Source of the DNA: Candidatus Omnitrophota bacterium
GTDB lineage: Bacteria; Omnitrophota; Gorgyraeia; Duberdicusellales; 4484-171
NCBI GenBank assembly: GCA_041652815.1
Contig: JBAZGN010000001.1
Span: forward strand, 381,855-445,854
DNA: 64,000 nucleotides
Direction of reading: 5' to 3'
The notes under the pieces are model-generated. The model did not search any database and was not told where the DNA came from. It saw only the letters and a program-made list of their open reading frames with translations. Below, one piece after another: positions 29,401 to 38,356 of this stretch. A program made the translations under genes and the position numbers. The stretch's first letter is position 1; each line of letters opens with the position of its first letter.

Positions 29401-32400
29401 AACAATTACCTACTCTCAAGCCTTTGAAGCTTTTAACCGGCCAATTGAGTCGCTTCTTAAAGACAAAGACGGCAACGTCATTACCAAAAAAACCGCTGAA
29501 TACGACGATAGAGGAAATCTTTCCAAAGAAACTATCTTTATTCTTAATCCATTATCGGGCATCAGCCTCGCGCCATCAACTCTTTATAGCTATGACTCGT
29601 TTGGTAATTTAATTTCTACAACCGACACACTTGGCCGTTCAGTTACAACCGAATACGATACAGATTTCTACGCGTATCCTCTAAAAGTAATTAATAACTT
29701 AGGCCACACCGTAACCCAAACCTATAACTATAAATTCGGAGTAGTTACATCTGTAACCGATACAAATGGACATACCTCGCAAACTTTCTATGATTCATTA
29801 GCCAGGGTTACCAGTGCCAAGAATGCTTACAATGAAACAGTTATTACGTATTCATATCCTGATTTTAACACCAAAATAACAACTAATGCTTTGGGGCATT
29901 CCAAGACCGAATACATTGATGGTTTAGGAAGGGCGTATAAGGCAGTTTCAGTGGGAGAAGATGGCGCATCAGCTCGGCAAGTCTCATCGGAAACTTATTA
30001 CAATAATCGCGGCGCTGTAAGCAGCGAATCACTGCCTCATTATATTGACGAAGACGCCTCGCAAATTTCCTATGTCCGCTATGAATACGATATAAGAGGC
30101 AGAGTAAAGAAAACTATTTCGGACTTCCCCGGAACCCTAAAAGATGCGCAAGCTTCAATAAGTTATATAAACCCTCTCTACATCGAAACAACTGATCCTG
30201 AAGGCCATAAGAAAGGAACGCTTAAAGATGTCTACGGTAACAACATTGAAATAACCGAATTTACCCAGGGCGGGGTCTATAAAACTAATTACGAATACGA
30301 TATCCAAAATAACCTTGTTAAGTTAATTGACAGCAAAGGCAATATTACCCAGATTTTCTACGACTCTATCGGCCGCAAACTAAAAATGATAGACCCCGAT
30401 ATGGGAACTTGGCTTTATGAATATGACATATTAGGTAATCTTACCAAACAAACCGATGCTAAAAACCAAATCATTACTTTTGCTTATGATGAGCTGAACC
30501 GCTTAACTAAGAAGACGAAGGACAACGGAGCAGGGACAGTAGACGAAATTAATTATTTATATGATGACAATTTGAAAGAAAACTGCATAGGAAGATTATC
30601 TAAAGTAACCGATACAAGCGGCTCAACCGAATTTTTCTACGACAAATTAGGTCGTGAAATTAAATCTATTAAACGAGTATCTGGCATCGAGTATCAAGTA
30701 TCAAGAACTTATGACATTTTAGACCGCTTATCCAGCCTAACTTACCCCGATAACACAGTTATAAATTATTCTTATGACGCAAATTCAGGGCTTTTGGAAA
30801 AAGTTTCTAACTCAACGAACACGATAAATTATGTAAACTCAATAAACTATAATGCCAAAGGCCAAATTCGCGACATAATTTACGGCAACAATACCAAAAC
30901 AGATTATACTTACGGCCAAGACTTAAGGTTATCCAATATACTAACTACTAACTACCAACTACAAACTACCCTTCAGGATTTAAATTATATTTTCGACAAA
31001 AACGGCAACATCACAACTCTAACTGATAACAAGCGAAGCAATATCCGTACCTACACTTACGATGAGCTAAACCGTTTAACCCAGGCAAGCAATGTGCCGG
31101 CAGTTGGCGGTGGTTACACCACCTTCAATTACCAATACGATTCAATCGGCAATATGACCTATAAGTCAGACCTTGGCGTAATGGCTTATGGTCAAAATGC
31201 CGGTCCGCATGCCGTAACATCTGCCGGAGGCTACACTTATCAGTATGACGCAAATGGCAATATGACTGTCGGCAAAAACAAAACCCTTGAATACGATGCT
31301 GAAAACCGTCTTACCAAAGTAATCGAATCAACTTCTACCTCTACATTTACCTATGATGGAGATGGAGGCAGAGTCAAGAAGGCCGTCAGCTCTCAGACAT
31401 CAGGCGACAGCGAAACAATTTATATTGGAAGCCTTTATGAGCTGACGACTGAAAGCGGACAGCAGAAAGCTGTTAAACATATTTTTGCAGGGTCTACAAG
31501 AGTTTGCAGTCTCGAACTAGACGCTACCCGCTCTACGCTAAACACTAATTATTATCACGGCGACCATCTTGGTTCATCAAATGTTATTACTGATGCCAAC
31601 GGCCAGCTTGTCCAATACTGCGAATACACGCCTTACGGCACATTAGCTCGTAACGAAGGCGCAAACATTACCAACTATAAATTTACTGGCAAAGAACTCG
31701 ACTCAACCGGTCTCTACTTCTACGGCGCCCGCTACTACGACCCGGAGATTGGGAGATTTATAACGGCGGATACAATAACTCAAGCGCCTTTTAATCCGCA
31801 AACGCTCAACAGATACTCTTATTGTGGTAATAACCCTATTAATTATATTGATCCCACAGGGCATTGGTTTTGGTTTGCTATTGCAGCTGTATTTATTGGT
31901 GCAGCAAGTGGCGCTGCAATATCCGCTATAACTGGGGGAGATATTGGAGCAGGAGCTATCTGTGGTGCGATTAGTGGAGCGTTATTCTTTGCGGCTGGTA
32001 GCGCGATCGGCGGGCTAGCAACAGCCTTAGCAATTCAAGAAGGAACTGCAGCTATGACTATGCTTACAGCAGGGATTCATACCATAGCCGGTGCTATGTC
32101 AGGTGCTTTAGGTGCAGTTGCCACAGGTGGAAACCCAGGGATGTCGGCTGTAATAGGTGGACTTAGCGCTGGAGTTAGTGCGGGTGTTTCAGGTATTTTT
32201 CCTATACAAGGTAAAGGCTTTGATGCTTTTGTCGGTGAAGGGTTGCAAAGAACAACAGTTGGTGCTATTCTTGGTGGAGGCATTTCTTTGGCAATGGGCG
32301 GGACTTTTGGTGCAGGTGCAGCTCAAGGCGCAATGACTTCATCAATCGCATATATTGCAAATTGCACCTTGCATAAGGTTGAAACAAAGGTACGTAATGC

Positions 32401-32818
32401 ATTAAATACAAAAAAACCAATTGTTCTTGCCAGCGCTCTTTATAATGATGATGATCAACTGCCCATTGGCGGTCCGCCTTTAATGCCCGCAGCCGGATAT
32501 CCTGCAGGCGGCGGAAGCAGCGGTTTGGGTGGGGCAAAAGTTTATCGGGTGTGGGGTGGCGGATCTGGATCACAAGGAAGATCTTGGACAACAGTAAACC
32601 CCCAAACGGTACCAAATTTTCGAGGACAAGCAGGCTTACCGCCACAAAATACTGGACGCTTTGTTAGTGAAGGTACCATAACCAATTCCTCTGGGGTTAC
32701 GGTGAAATCAGCAGAGCCTATTTATGGTAATCCGGGAGGTTTAACTGAAGTTGTTATTCCTGATTCTAGCACCCAAGTAAGGTTAGAAAGGGTTTCTGGG
32801 GCTAATCCAGAATATTAA
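26486..32818 (+). CDS. giant secreted RHS/YD-repeat protein (TcB/TcC-like): cadherin-like repeats, FG-GAP beta-propeller, RHS repeats and RHS core (DPTGHW), then a C-terminal glycine-zipper-rich polymorphic toxin domain
   Basis: Signal peptide. Three or four NPPVLD.IPDITVNE cadherin-like repeats. About seven GDFNGDG FG-GAP repeats. Many YD repeats (YDxxGN...). RHS core ending in PINYIDPTGHW. About 320 aa of GxxxG-rich hydrophobic and unknown sequence follow. In the same frame as the upstream ORF, separated from it by TGA and TAA stops. Confidence 0.8.
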   Translation: MNYFCNKDNLLYKTCVIFLIFLHLFAFGPIRDALAYNAQSASYQLSSGALTQGGKAAVGVSAKIWQATLSEPVSGKSQSQSYILNAGFIPTIASNPPAQIQIIPNFAWQQNESKTNIIDLDDYFTSPDGYPLIYTVTGNSNINVVIDVATNQVTFSQSVGWSGTEKIKFKATDSEGSFAESNEITLQVVGVNNPPVLDYIPDITVNENELIKIIPHATDADGDVITYTFSAPLNSDGQWQTDYASSGIYTITVTAADPENLTDTQEVKITVKNVNRPPVLNPISDITVNEGQTAVIAPTVSDPDNDAISLYYSAPFDSQGKWITGYNDSGTYNITVTASDGIDTVTQNAKVIVTSTNRIPQVTLTLSKYTVTPNEQFNVVLSATDPDGDAMTFSLKKDGVEIASGNFNSSYTTTISFADVGDHEISGRITDSGNLTVLQTKGVDVAVADSSVNPVMGDFNGDALTDLGLHNSSTGKWEICLSDKGVFRNAVDWLTGFGNSSEWLPLSGDFNGDAKSDVAAYNFTTGELKVALSNSSGFSASGTWFTVPSPTYQKEECRSYEVCSGFLWFEECEQKQECYNIPVYPLQPFTGNFNADKYTDFGIYNKETGEVKIALGTGSGFGPLTVWLASSSANTEYITLGGDFNGDSLGDLCLFKKSTGEFKIAFSNSASFVDETSWISGYAANQDVTISDFNNDGLADIGYWDKPASKWYYAISTGNKFVDKGVWLSNFGSSGDDSATTGDFNGDGITDAACFDKEKIGIDRWLTQLSTNKPADLLTEIDNGIGGKTEVVYTYASQYDNDLLPFPVYVASSISLINTVRDNTPVSVTLPETYTQNFNYAGGYFDAIEREFRGFARITVTDPITNNYSETYFYQGKSGQDGALKGQIEKIIAYDGNGKLISQSLNTYEVKKATAGENCLGFPALIEQTATVYEENATSLSTKNLLTYDNIGNVIETKNEGDISKTGDEKIATITYSQAFEAFNRPIESLLKDKDGNVITKKTAEYDDRGNLSKETIFILNPLSGISLAPSTLYSYDSFGNLISTTDTLGRSVTTEYDTDFYAYPLKVINNLGHTVTQTYNYKFGVVTSVTDTNGHTSQTFYDSLARVTSAKNAYNETVITYSYPDFNTKITTNALGHSKTEYIDGLGRAYKAVSVGEDGASARQVSSETYYNNRGAVSSESLPHYIDEDASQISYVRYEYDIRGRVKKTISDFPGTLKDAQASISYINPLYIETTDPEGHKKGTLKDVYGNNIEITEFTQGGVYKTNYEYDIQNNLVKLIDSKGNITQIFYDSIGRKLKMIDPDMGTWLYEYDILGNLTKQTDAKNQIITFAYDELNRLTKKTKDNGAGTVDEINYLYDDNLKENCIGRLSKVTDTSGSTEFFYDKLGREIKSIKRVSGIEYQVSRTYDILDRLSSLTYPDNTVINYSYDANSGLLEKVSNSTNTINYVNSINYNAKGQIRDIIYGNNTKTDYTYGQDLRLSNILTTNYQLQTTLQDLNYIFDKNGNITTLTDNKRSNIRTYTYDELNRLTQASNVPAVGGGYTTFNYQYDSIGNMTYKSDLGVMAYGQNAGPHAVTSAGGYTYQYDANGNMTVGKNKTLEYDAENRLTKVIESTSTSTFTYDGDGGRVKKAVSSQTSGDSETIYIGSLYELTTESGQQKAVKHIFAGSTRVCSLELDATRSTLNTNYYHGDHLGSSNVITDANGQLVQYCEYTPYGTLARNEGANITNYKFTGKELDSTGLYFYGARYYDPEIGRFITADTITQAPFNPQTLNRYSYCGNNPINYIDPTGHWFWFAIAAVFIGAASGAAISAITGGDIGAGAICGAISGALFFAAGSAIGGLATALAIQEGTAAMTMLTAGIHTIAGAMSGALGAVATGGNPGMSAVIGGLSAGVSAGVSGIFPIQGKGFDAFVGEGLQRTTVGAILGGGISLAMGGTFGAGAAQGAMTSSIAYIANCTLHKVETKVRNALNTKKPIVLASALYNDDDQLPIGGPPLMPAAGYPAGGGSSGLGGAKVYRVWGGGSGSQGRSWTTVNPQTVPNFRGQAGLPPQNTGRFVSEGTITNSSGVTVKSAEPIYGNPGGLTEVVIPDSSTQVRLERVSGANPEY

Positions 32819-32835
32819 TTAAAGGAGATAGCAAA

Positions 32836-33087
32836 ATGGCTAATGGCAAGCATGGGGATCACCCCCTCACTGATATTTTAATTCATAAGGTTCCGGTTTT
32901 TTCTACTTCCATAGATAAGCTTATTACAGAAATTGCAAGATTTATTCCTAACTATAAGTTAAGAGAAATGTTTAATTGGTTTTCTCCCCCTCCTTTACCA
33001 GAATTTGAAAAACAATTGAAAGAAGTTCTTGATAAGGCTAGGCAAGAAGCAAAGGAAAAAGGTTGGGAGTTAAATCACGATAAATAA
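32836..33087 (+). CDS. putative cognate immunity protein for the RHS C-terminal toxin
   Basis: Small ORF with no signal peptide, 17 nt downstream of the toxin gene and with its own RBS (aaggagatagcaaaATG). The assignment is by position only. Confidence 0.4.
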   Translation: MANGKHGDHPLTDILIHKVPVFSTSIDKLITEIARFIPNYKLREMFNWFSPPPLPEFEKQLKEVLDKARQEAKEKGWELNHDK

Positions 33088-33204
33088 TCTAAATTAAGAA
33101 AAATAAAGTATAAAGATAACAGGGTCAAACCTTCAGATGCCAGATCAAAAATAATAGGGTCAGACCTCAACATTAGAAAGTAAGTTACACTTAATAAATT
33201 ATTT

Positions 33205-33558
33205 ATGGAGTTCAAAAAAAGTAAAATTATCGCAGTATGTTTTATGTTGTTGGTGCTTACTGCGTGTATTACTGTGCGTACTGGTCAGGATGCCTGGCAG
33301 GCTATGAATCAGCAAGAGAAACAATATATAGAAACTAAACTTTCTAAGGTTAAAATAGGCATGACGGAACAGGAAGTGATTGATATTTTAGGACCTAATT
33401 ATTACATGAAGCCAATGGTGTTATTATGGTATCCGGAATTTGGTTCAAAATCGCAGGTTAGAGCTTATTTCTTTAAAGGCAAAGTTTTTCAGGTCAGATG
33501 GCTGATAGCAAGAGATGGTTTTATTTGCTATGAGATTAAACATGATGATAGTAAGTAA
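33205..33558 (+). CDS. small secreted protein or lipoprotein (signal peptide ending in TAC)
   Basis: N-terminal signal peptide with an L-T-A-C lipobox-like site. Confidence 0.5.
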   Translation: MEFKKSKIIAVCFMLLVLTACITVRTGQDAWQAMNQQEKQYIETKLSKVKIGMTEQEVIDILGPNYYMKPMVLLWYPEFGSKSQVRAYFFKGKVFQVRWLIARDGFICYEIKHDDSK

Positions 33559-33724
33559 TTCTGGGGACACAATATTTAATTATTAGTATTTTTATCTCAT
33601 CCTATTTCCACCCCGGGGGTGGAAATAAGTAAGTTTTGTGCTTGATGAATTATAAAATATTCCGGTTTACAATTTTATTTTATAGCGTAAAATTTAAACA
33701 CAAAAAGCCAAAAGGAGGCCTGAA

Positions 33725-34141
33725 ATGAGAAGAAAATATATACTTTCAATGGTTTTAATTGCATTTATTGGGTGTGCTTCTGCTAATGTTCACAGGAAAA
33801 ATGTTCAGGATGATACAGGAGATAGGCTTACTGTAGGAACGGTTCAGCGAAATATTAAGGTAGGAATGACGTCAGCGCAAGTAATAGAAGCTTTAGGCTC
33901 GCCCAATGTAGTTACTACTGATGAGGAAAGAAGAGAAGTTTGGGTTTACGATAAAATTGCTACAGATGTTACATATTCACAGAGTGAAGGTGAAAGCGGG
34001 CTGTTTTTAATACTTGCCGGCGTGGGCGGCAGTGGAAGTTCCGGGTCTAAGTCTACGTCACAAAGAACCCTTACTGTAGTTGTAAAATTTGATAAAGAGA
34101 ATAAAGTAAGAGATTTTGCTTATCATTCTTCAAAATTTTAA
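33725..34141 (+). CDS. lipoprotein
   Basis: Signal peptide with an FIGC lipobox. Preceded by an aaaggagg RBS. Contains a Gly/Ser-rich segment. Confidence 0.55.
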   Translation: MRRKYILSMVLIAFIGCASANVHRKNVQDDTGDRLTVGTVQRNIKVGMTSAQVIEALGSPNVVTTDEERREVWVYDKIATDVTYSQSEGESGLFLILAGVGGSGSSGSKSTSQRTLTVVVKFDKENKVRDFAYHSSKF

Positions 34142-34148
34142 TTTCTAA

Positions 34149-34703
34149 ATGAGAAAGTACCTAGTAAAAATATTTTTGGTTTTATCGTTAATGGGTATTT
34201 TTTCCGGCTGTGCTACTATACCAAAAGGTTTCTTGAAGCCATCAGAAAATTATCTAGCGCATCGCCAATTACAGATGCGGCAGTATGATACAAAAGATGA
34301 GAAAGCAATCATTACATCTGTAGCCGGAGTTTTGCAGGATTTAGGTTTTACTTTAAGCGAAAGCGAAACTGACCTAGGTTTGGTAAGCGCATACAAAAAT
34401 GCTGATGCGACAAATCCGGCTCAAATAACCGGGGCTGTAATGCTTGACCTTGTTTCTGCTTTCTTTGGTTCTTATGCTAACGCAACAGCTGGTTGCGATA
34501 AGACGCAACAAGTAAAAGCTTCTGTGGTGGTTAAACCTTCCCTTGATGGCCCTAAAGTTACGGTGCGAGTTACATTTCAAAGAATAGTTTGGAATTTAAG
34601 CAATCAAATCAGCAGATTGGAAACAATCAAAGAGCCGCAGATATATCAAAAGTTTTATGAGAGTTTGTCCAAGTCAATATTCTTGGAGGCCCAACAAATA
34701 TGA
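34149..34703 (+). CDS. lipoprotein; paralogue of 34700-35134
   Basis: Lipobox FSGC. Shares the motifs GCAT, R/Q..DT.D and F...L.K..FL.AQQ(I/V) with the next ORF. Confidence 0.55.
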   Translation: MRKYLVKIFLVLSLMGIFSGCATIPKGFLKPSENYLAHRQLQMRQYDTKDEKAIITSVAGVLQDLGFTLSESETDLGLVSAYKNADATNPAQITGAVMLDLVSAFFGSYANATAGCDKTQQVKASVVVKPSLDGPKVTVRVTFQRIVWNLSNQISRLETIKEPQIYQKFYESLSKSIFLEAQQI

Positions 34704-35134
34704 AACAAATGCAAAAAGCAAAATGGCTATTATTGGTTTTAATTATACCTATAATTTTTTCCGGCTGCGCAACTACCGCCGGTAAAGCTTTTGAAATGAG
34801 CGAAAGCCAGGTTAAGTTAAGAGCCATTCAGACCAGGGCGTTTGATACAACAGACAAAAAGAAGATGATGCAAACCGTAATTAGCGCAATGCAAGATTTG
34901 GATTTCATACTTGATAAGGCTGATTTTGATTTAGGAACTATTACCGGCACAAAATTTATTGGCATAGGTGTTATTACCATGACTGTAAGCGTTCGGCCGA
35001 GAGGTGAAAAACAATTACTAGTTAGGGCAAACGCACAATACGGCACTCAGTCTGTAGATGATCCGGCGACTTATCAGGATTTTTTCAATACTTTGGAAAA
35101 AGCCCTGTTTCTTACCGCGCAGCAAGTTGACTAG
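34700..35134 (+). CDS. lipoprotein; paralogue of 34149-34703
   Basis: Lipobox FSGC. Start overlaps the upstream stop by 4 nt (ATGA). Confidence 0.55.
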   Translation: MKQMQKAKWLLLVLIIPIIFSGCATTAGKAFEMSESQVKLRAIQTRAFDTTDKKKMMQTVISAMQDLDFILDKADFDLGTITGTKFIGIGVITMTVSVRPRGEKQLLVRANAQYGTQSVDDPATYQDFFNTLEKALFLTAQQVD

Positions 35135-35185
35135 ATATTTCCCATTTTTCAAATATTATTAAATTCGTAAACGGAGGGTTTTGAA

Positions 35186-35377
35186 ATGAAAAAGAAACTA
35201 TTTTCTATTCTTGCGATGCTCGTTCTCATCTGCACTTTATCACCTGTCTCCTGCGTTCTGGCTGAAGTTCCTCACTTAATCAACTACCAAGGCAGGCTCA
35301 CCGATACCGGGGGAGCGCCTCTAAACGGCTCATATAACTTAACCTTTTATGCATTAGCATTTATTATGAAGTTGTAA
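35186..35377 (+). pseudogene. N-terminal fragment (about 55 codons) of a paralogue of the Gly-rich secreted protein gene at 37180
   Basis: About 80% nucleotide identity to 37180-37345, including the upstream caaatattattaaa(t/c)t(c/t)gtaaacggagggttt RBS region. Premature stop after ...NLTFYALAFIMKL. Confidence 0.7.
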
Positions 35378-35392
35378 GAATTTAGAAAACAT

Positions 35393-37114
35393 ATGCAAAA
35401 AAAGGAAGCAATAATTTTAGGGTTTTTCCTTGCATTTATTCTATTGAGCGGTATTTATTACGCAATTACTAATTCTGTTACTTCTGACGAAAAAACCCAT
35501 ATTGCCACAGGCTATATAAATGTTAAATTTAGCGATTACCGTTTTAATATCGAGCATCCACCTTTTGTAAAACAATTAGCAGCTTTACCGCTTATATTTT
35601 TAAATCTCAATTTTCCTACTGATATTTTTAAAGTTTCAAATACGGGAATGGATATAGTAAAGATACAAGATGCCTTTCTGTATAAGGTGGGTAACGATCT
35701 AGATCTGATGCTTTTCTTGAGCCGTTTACCCAATATACTCATTTCTTTAATCCTCGCTATTTTTATATATCTTTATTCGCGTAAATTAAACGGAAAATCT
35801 GCTGGTTTTTTATCACTGCTATTTTTTGCTTTTTCTCCAACATTTTTGGCGCATACTCCATTAGTAACCATGGACACCGCCGTTAGCTGTTTTTATTTCA
35901 TTACGATTTATTTTTTTATGCGTTTTGCGGAAACAAAAAAATACCTTTTTGTCGCACTAACAGGATTGTTTTTAGGATTAAGCTTAATTTCTAAATTTAG
36001 CGCCTTAATCCTTATCCCCGTAATGTATTTTTTGTCAGTCATTTTGTATTTTAATATCGAGATGCCCAAAGATTATGCAACGGTTAAAAATAAAATTTGG
36101 AAAATAATATTTTTTATGCCTTTTTTGATTCTTGTGATGTCTTATAAAAAATCCGTTACGATTATCGCTCCATTACTTTTTGTCTACCTACTTTCATCAG
36201 TGTTATCAAAAAAATTAAAAATAGCGATGAAAGTCAATTGGGCAAGCGCAATATTGCTTGTTGTCCTAGTTATTGCTTTTAGCATAGTTATTGCGGACTA
36301 CACCAATTATGAATGGTTCCCTTTTCATAGCGCCACAAAAGCTTACTTCAAGGGATTTGATTACTTTACGGGCCATGCAGCAGATGGCCAGGATTCCTAT
36401 CTTTTAGGAAAATTTTCTCACACCGGCTGGTGGTATTATTTTCCCTTAGCTATATTTTTTAAAGAGCCCTTTGTCGCTATTTTATTTATCATACTAGGTT
36501 TTATAGGTTTTTGCATAAAGAAAGAAAAATTATGGGCGAAACTCATACTTTTTATTCCAATGTTTGCTTATCTTTTTGTCGCCTGTTTTATAAATAAAGT
36601 TAACATCGGTGTTCGTCATATTCTGCCAATATATCCATTTCTTTATGTTATAGTCGGATACAGTATTTTTGTCTTCAAGCGTTTCCGTTTCGCTCCCGCA
36701 ATCTTTTATGTCCTAATTTCTGTCTTAATTATAGATGTGGTTTCCGCGTATCCAGGCCATTTGGCGTATTTTAATAGAATTGTCGGCGGTTCTGCTAATG
36801 GATATAAATTATTAGACGATTCCAATATAGCCTGGGGGCAAGATTGGAAAAGATTTAAAAAATATAGCAAAGCTAATAATATTAATAAGGTGAAAGTTGC
36901 ATCTCGTTTTGGTTATTACGCTGACGATGTAAAACGGATTAGTTATGAGGCGCTAACTCCGGAAGATAAAATCATCCCAAGTGAAGGATGGTATGTTATC
37001 GAAACAACACAGTTGCGGTCTAAAGACATACAATGGTTAGATAAGATTAAGCCTGTTACTAAAATCGGCGGTTCGCTTTTGGTGTATAGAATTAATAAGG
37101 CAAAAAAACCTTAA
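35393..37114 (+). CDS. GT-C superfamily glycosyltransferase (ArnT/PMT-like, GT39/GT83-type)
   Basis: About 13 TM helices. N-terminal loop with a DE..H motif (SDEKTHIATGY). Overall architecture of undecaprenyl/dolichyl-phosphate sugar transferases. Confidence 0.65.
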   Translation: MQKKEAIILGFFLAFILLSGIYYAITNSVTSDEKTHIATGYINVKFSDYRFNIEHPPFVKQLAALPLIFLNLNFPTDIFKVSNTGMDIVKIQDAFLYKVGNDLDLMLFLSRLPNILISLILAIFIYLYSRKLNGKSAGFLSLLFFAFSPTFLAHTPLVTMDTAVSCFYFITIYFFMRFAETKKYLFVALTGLFLGLSLISKFSALILIPVMYFLSVILYFNIEMPKDYATVKNKIWKIIFFMPFLILVMSYKKSVTIIAPLLFVYLLSSVLSKKLKIAMKVNWASAILLVVLVIAFSIVIADYTNYEWFPFHSATKAYFKGFDYFTGHAADGQDSYLLGKFSHTGWWYYFPLAIFFKEPFVAILFIILGFIGFCIKKEKLWAKLILFIPMFAYLFVACFINKVNIGVRHILPIYPFLYVIVGYSIFVFKRFRFAPAIFYVLISVLIIDVVSAYPGHLAYFNRIVGGSANGYKLLDDSNIAWGQDWKRFKKYSKANNINKVKVASRFGYYADDVKRISYEALTPEDKIIPSEGWYVIETTQLRSKDIQWLDKIKPVTKIGGSLLVYRINKAKKP

Positions 37115-37179
37115 AAAATAGCCCATTAAAAATTACTATTTTTCAAATATTATTAAACTTGTAAACGGAGGGTTTAAAA

Positions 37180-38292
37180 ATGAAAAAGAAACTATTTCCC
37201 ATTCTTGTATCGCTTGTCCTTGTTTGCGTTTTATTACCTGTGCATTGCACCATGGCAGAGGTTCCTCATCTCATTAACTATCAAGGCCGCCTCACTGATA
37301 CAGGAGGGGTACCTCTAAACGGCTCATATAACCTTACCTTTAGGATATATGATGCAGAAACTGCTGGCAATTTACTCTGGGAAGAAACACAAACCGGAGT
37401 TATAATCAACAAAGGCATATTCGCTGTTCTCCTGGGCTCAGTTGCAAATCTTAACGTTGCTTTCGATAAACCCTACTTTTTAGAAATCAAAGTCGGCAAT
37501 GAAGTAATGACGCCAAGGCAGAAGATGGCTTCAGCCGGATATGCAATAAGGGCGGATAGTGCGGAAAAGATTAAAGCTTCCGATAATGATGCTGTCCCTG
37601 GGACGTTAGCCGCAAAGGCAAAGAATAGTATTGTAGTTGATAACAATCAATTACAACTTTCCGGCGATGTTGTTTCTCCCGGGAATGATAAAGTTTATGG
37701 AACAAACAGCAGTGGCGTAAAAGGTTGGCACGAAAGACCAAGTTTTCAGGGAATGCAAGTTTTTACTTCTTCGGGAACTTGGGTTAAACCCACAGGTGTA
37801 AATAAAGTATATGTTAAGGTTTGGGGTGCCGGCGGTGGTGGGAGCGGGGGCCATCATCCCGCATATGGAAGCGGTGGTGGATCGGGTGGTTATTCAGAAG
37901 GAGTAGTCAATGTTGTTGGTGATATTTCTGTCACTATAGGCTCAGGAGGCAGCGGTGGTCGCATTGGACAGAATGGTTCTGCTGGGAGCAACAGTAGTTT
38001 CGGTTCCGACATAACCGCTACTGGCGGCAGTGGTGGTAGCATATCATGTGGTATCCAGAGTTGTTCTACCAATGGGGGTGCTGGCGGTAACTCTAACGGC
38101 GGAAATTTAAACTTAACTGGTTCTGCGGGTAGTCGACGTTCTCAGGAGAACCCAGGGCAAGGAATAGCGCCAATTAAGCTAGGCTCCTATGGTAATGGAG
38201 GCTCAGGCGGTTGGGGCGGTACGCAGGATAGTAATCAAGACCTTTATACCGGCGACGGCGGCCAAAATGGCTTAGTAATAGTTTATTGGTAA
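37180..38292 (+). CDS. secreted protein with a conserved N-terminal domain and a Gly/Ser-rich C-terminal region
   Basis: Signal peptide. The N-terminal domain is shared with the fragment at 35186. The C-terminal GGxGG / SGGxG repeats form a low-complexity region. Confidence 0.55.
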   Translation: MKKKLFPILVSLVLVCVLLPVHCTMAEVPHLINYQGRLTDTGGVPLNGSYNLTFRIYDAETAGNLLWEETQTGVIINKGIFAVLLGSVANLNVAFDKPYFLEIKVGNEVMTPRQKMASAGYAIRADSAEKIKASDNDAVPGTLAAKAKNSIVVDNNQLQLSGDVVSPGNDKVYGTNSSGVKGWHERPSFQGMQVFTSSGTWVKPTGVNKVYVKVWGAGGGGSGGHHPAYGSGGGSGGYSEGVVNVVGDISVTIGSGGSGGRIGQNGSAGSNSSFGSDITATGGSGGSISCGIQSCSTNGGAGGNSNGGNLNLTGSAGSRRSQENPGQGIAPIKLGSYGNGGSGGWGGTQDSNQDLYTGDGGQNGLVIVYW

Positions 38293-38356
38293 CATATATA
38301 ATTTTTCAATATTAATATATTAATAGAAATATCGACATAAAAAGGAAAGGATATTA

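Noticed and set aside
24392-29612. Small internal ORFs within the SpvB and RHS genes (24392-24583 -, 24642-24845 +, 27715-28029 -, 28074-28319 +, 28569-28829 +, 29283-29612 +)
   Set aside because: They are embedded in long, repeat-rich coding sequence with a coherent domain structure in the main frame. They are out-of-frame artefacts.
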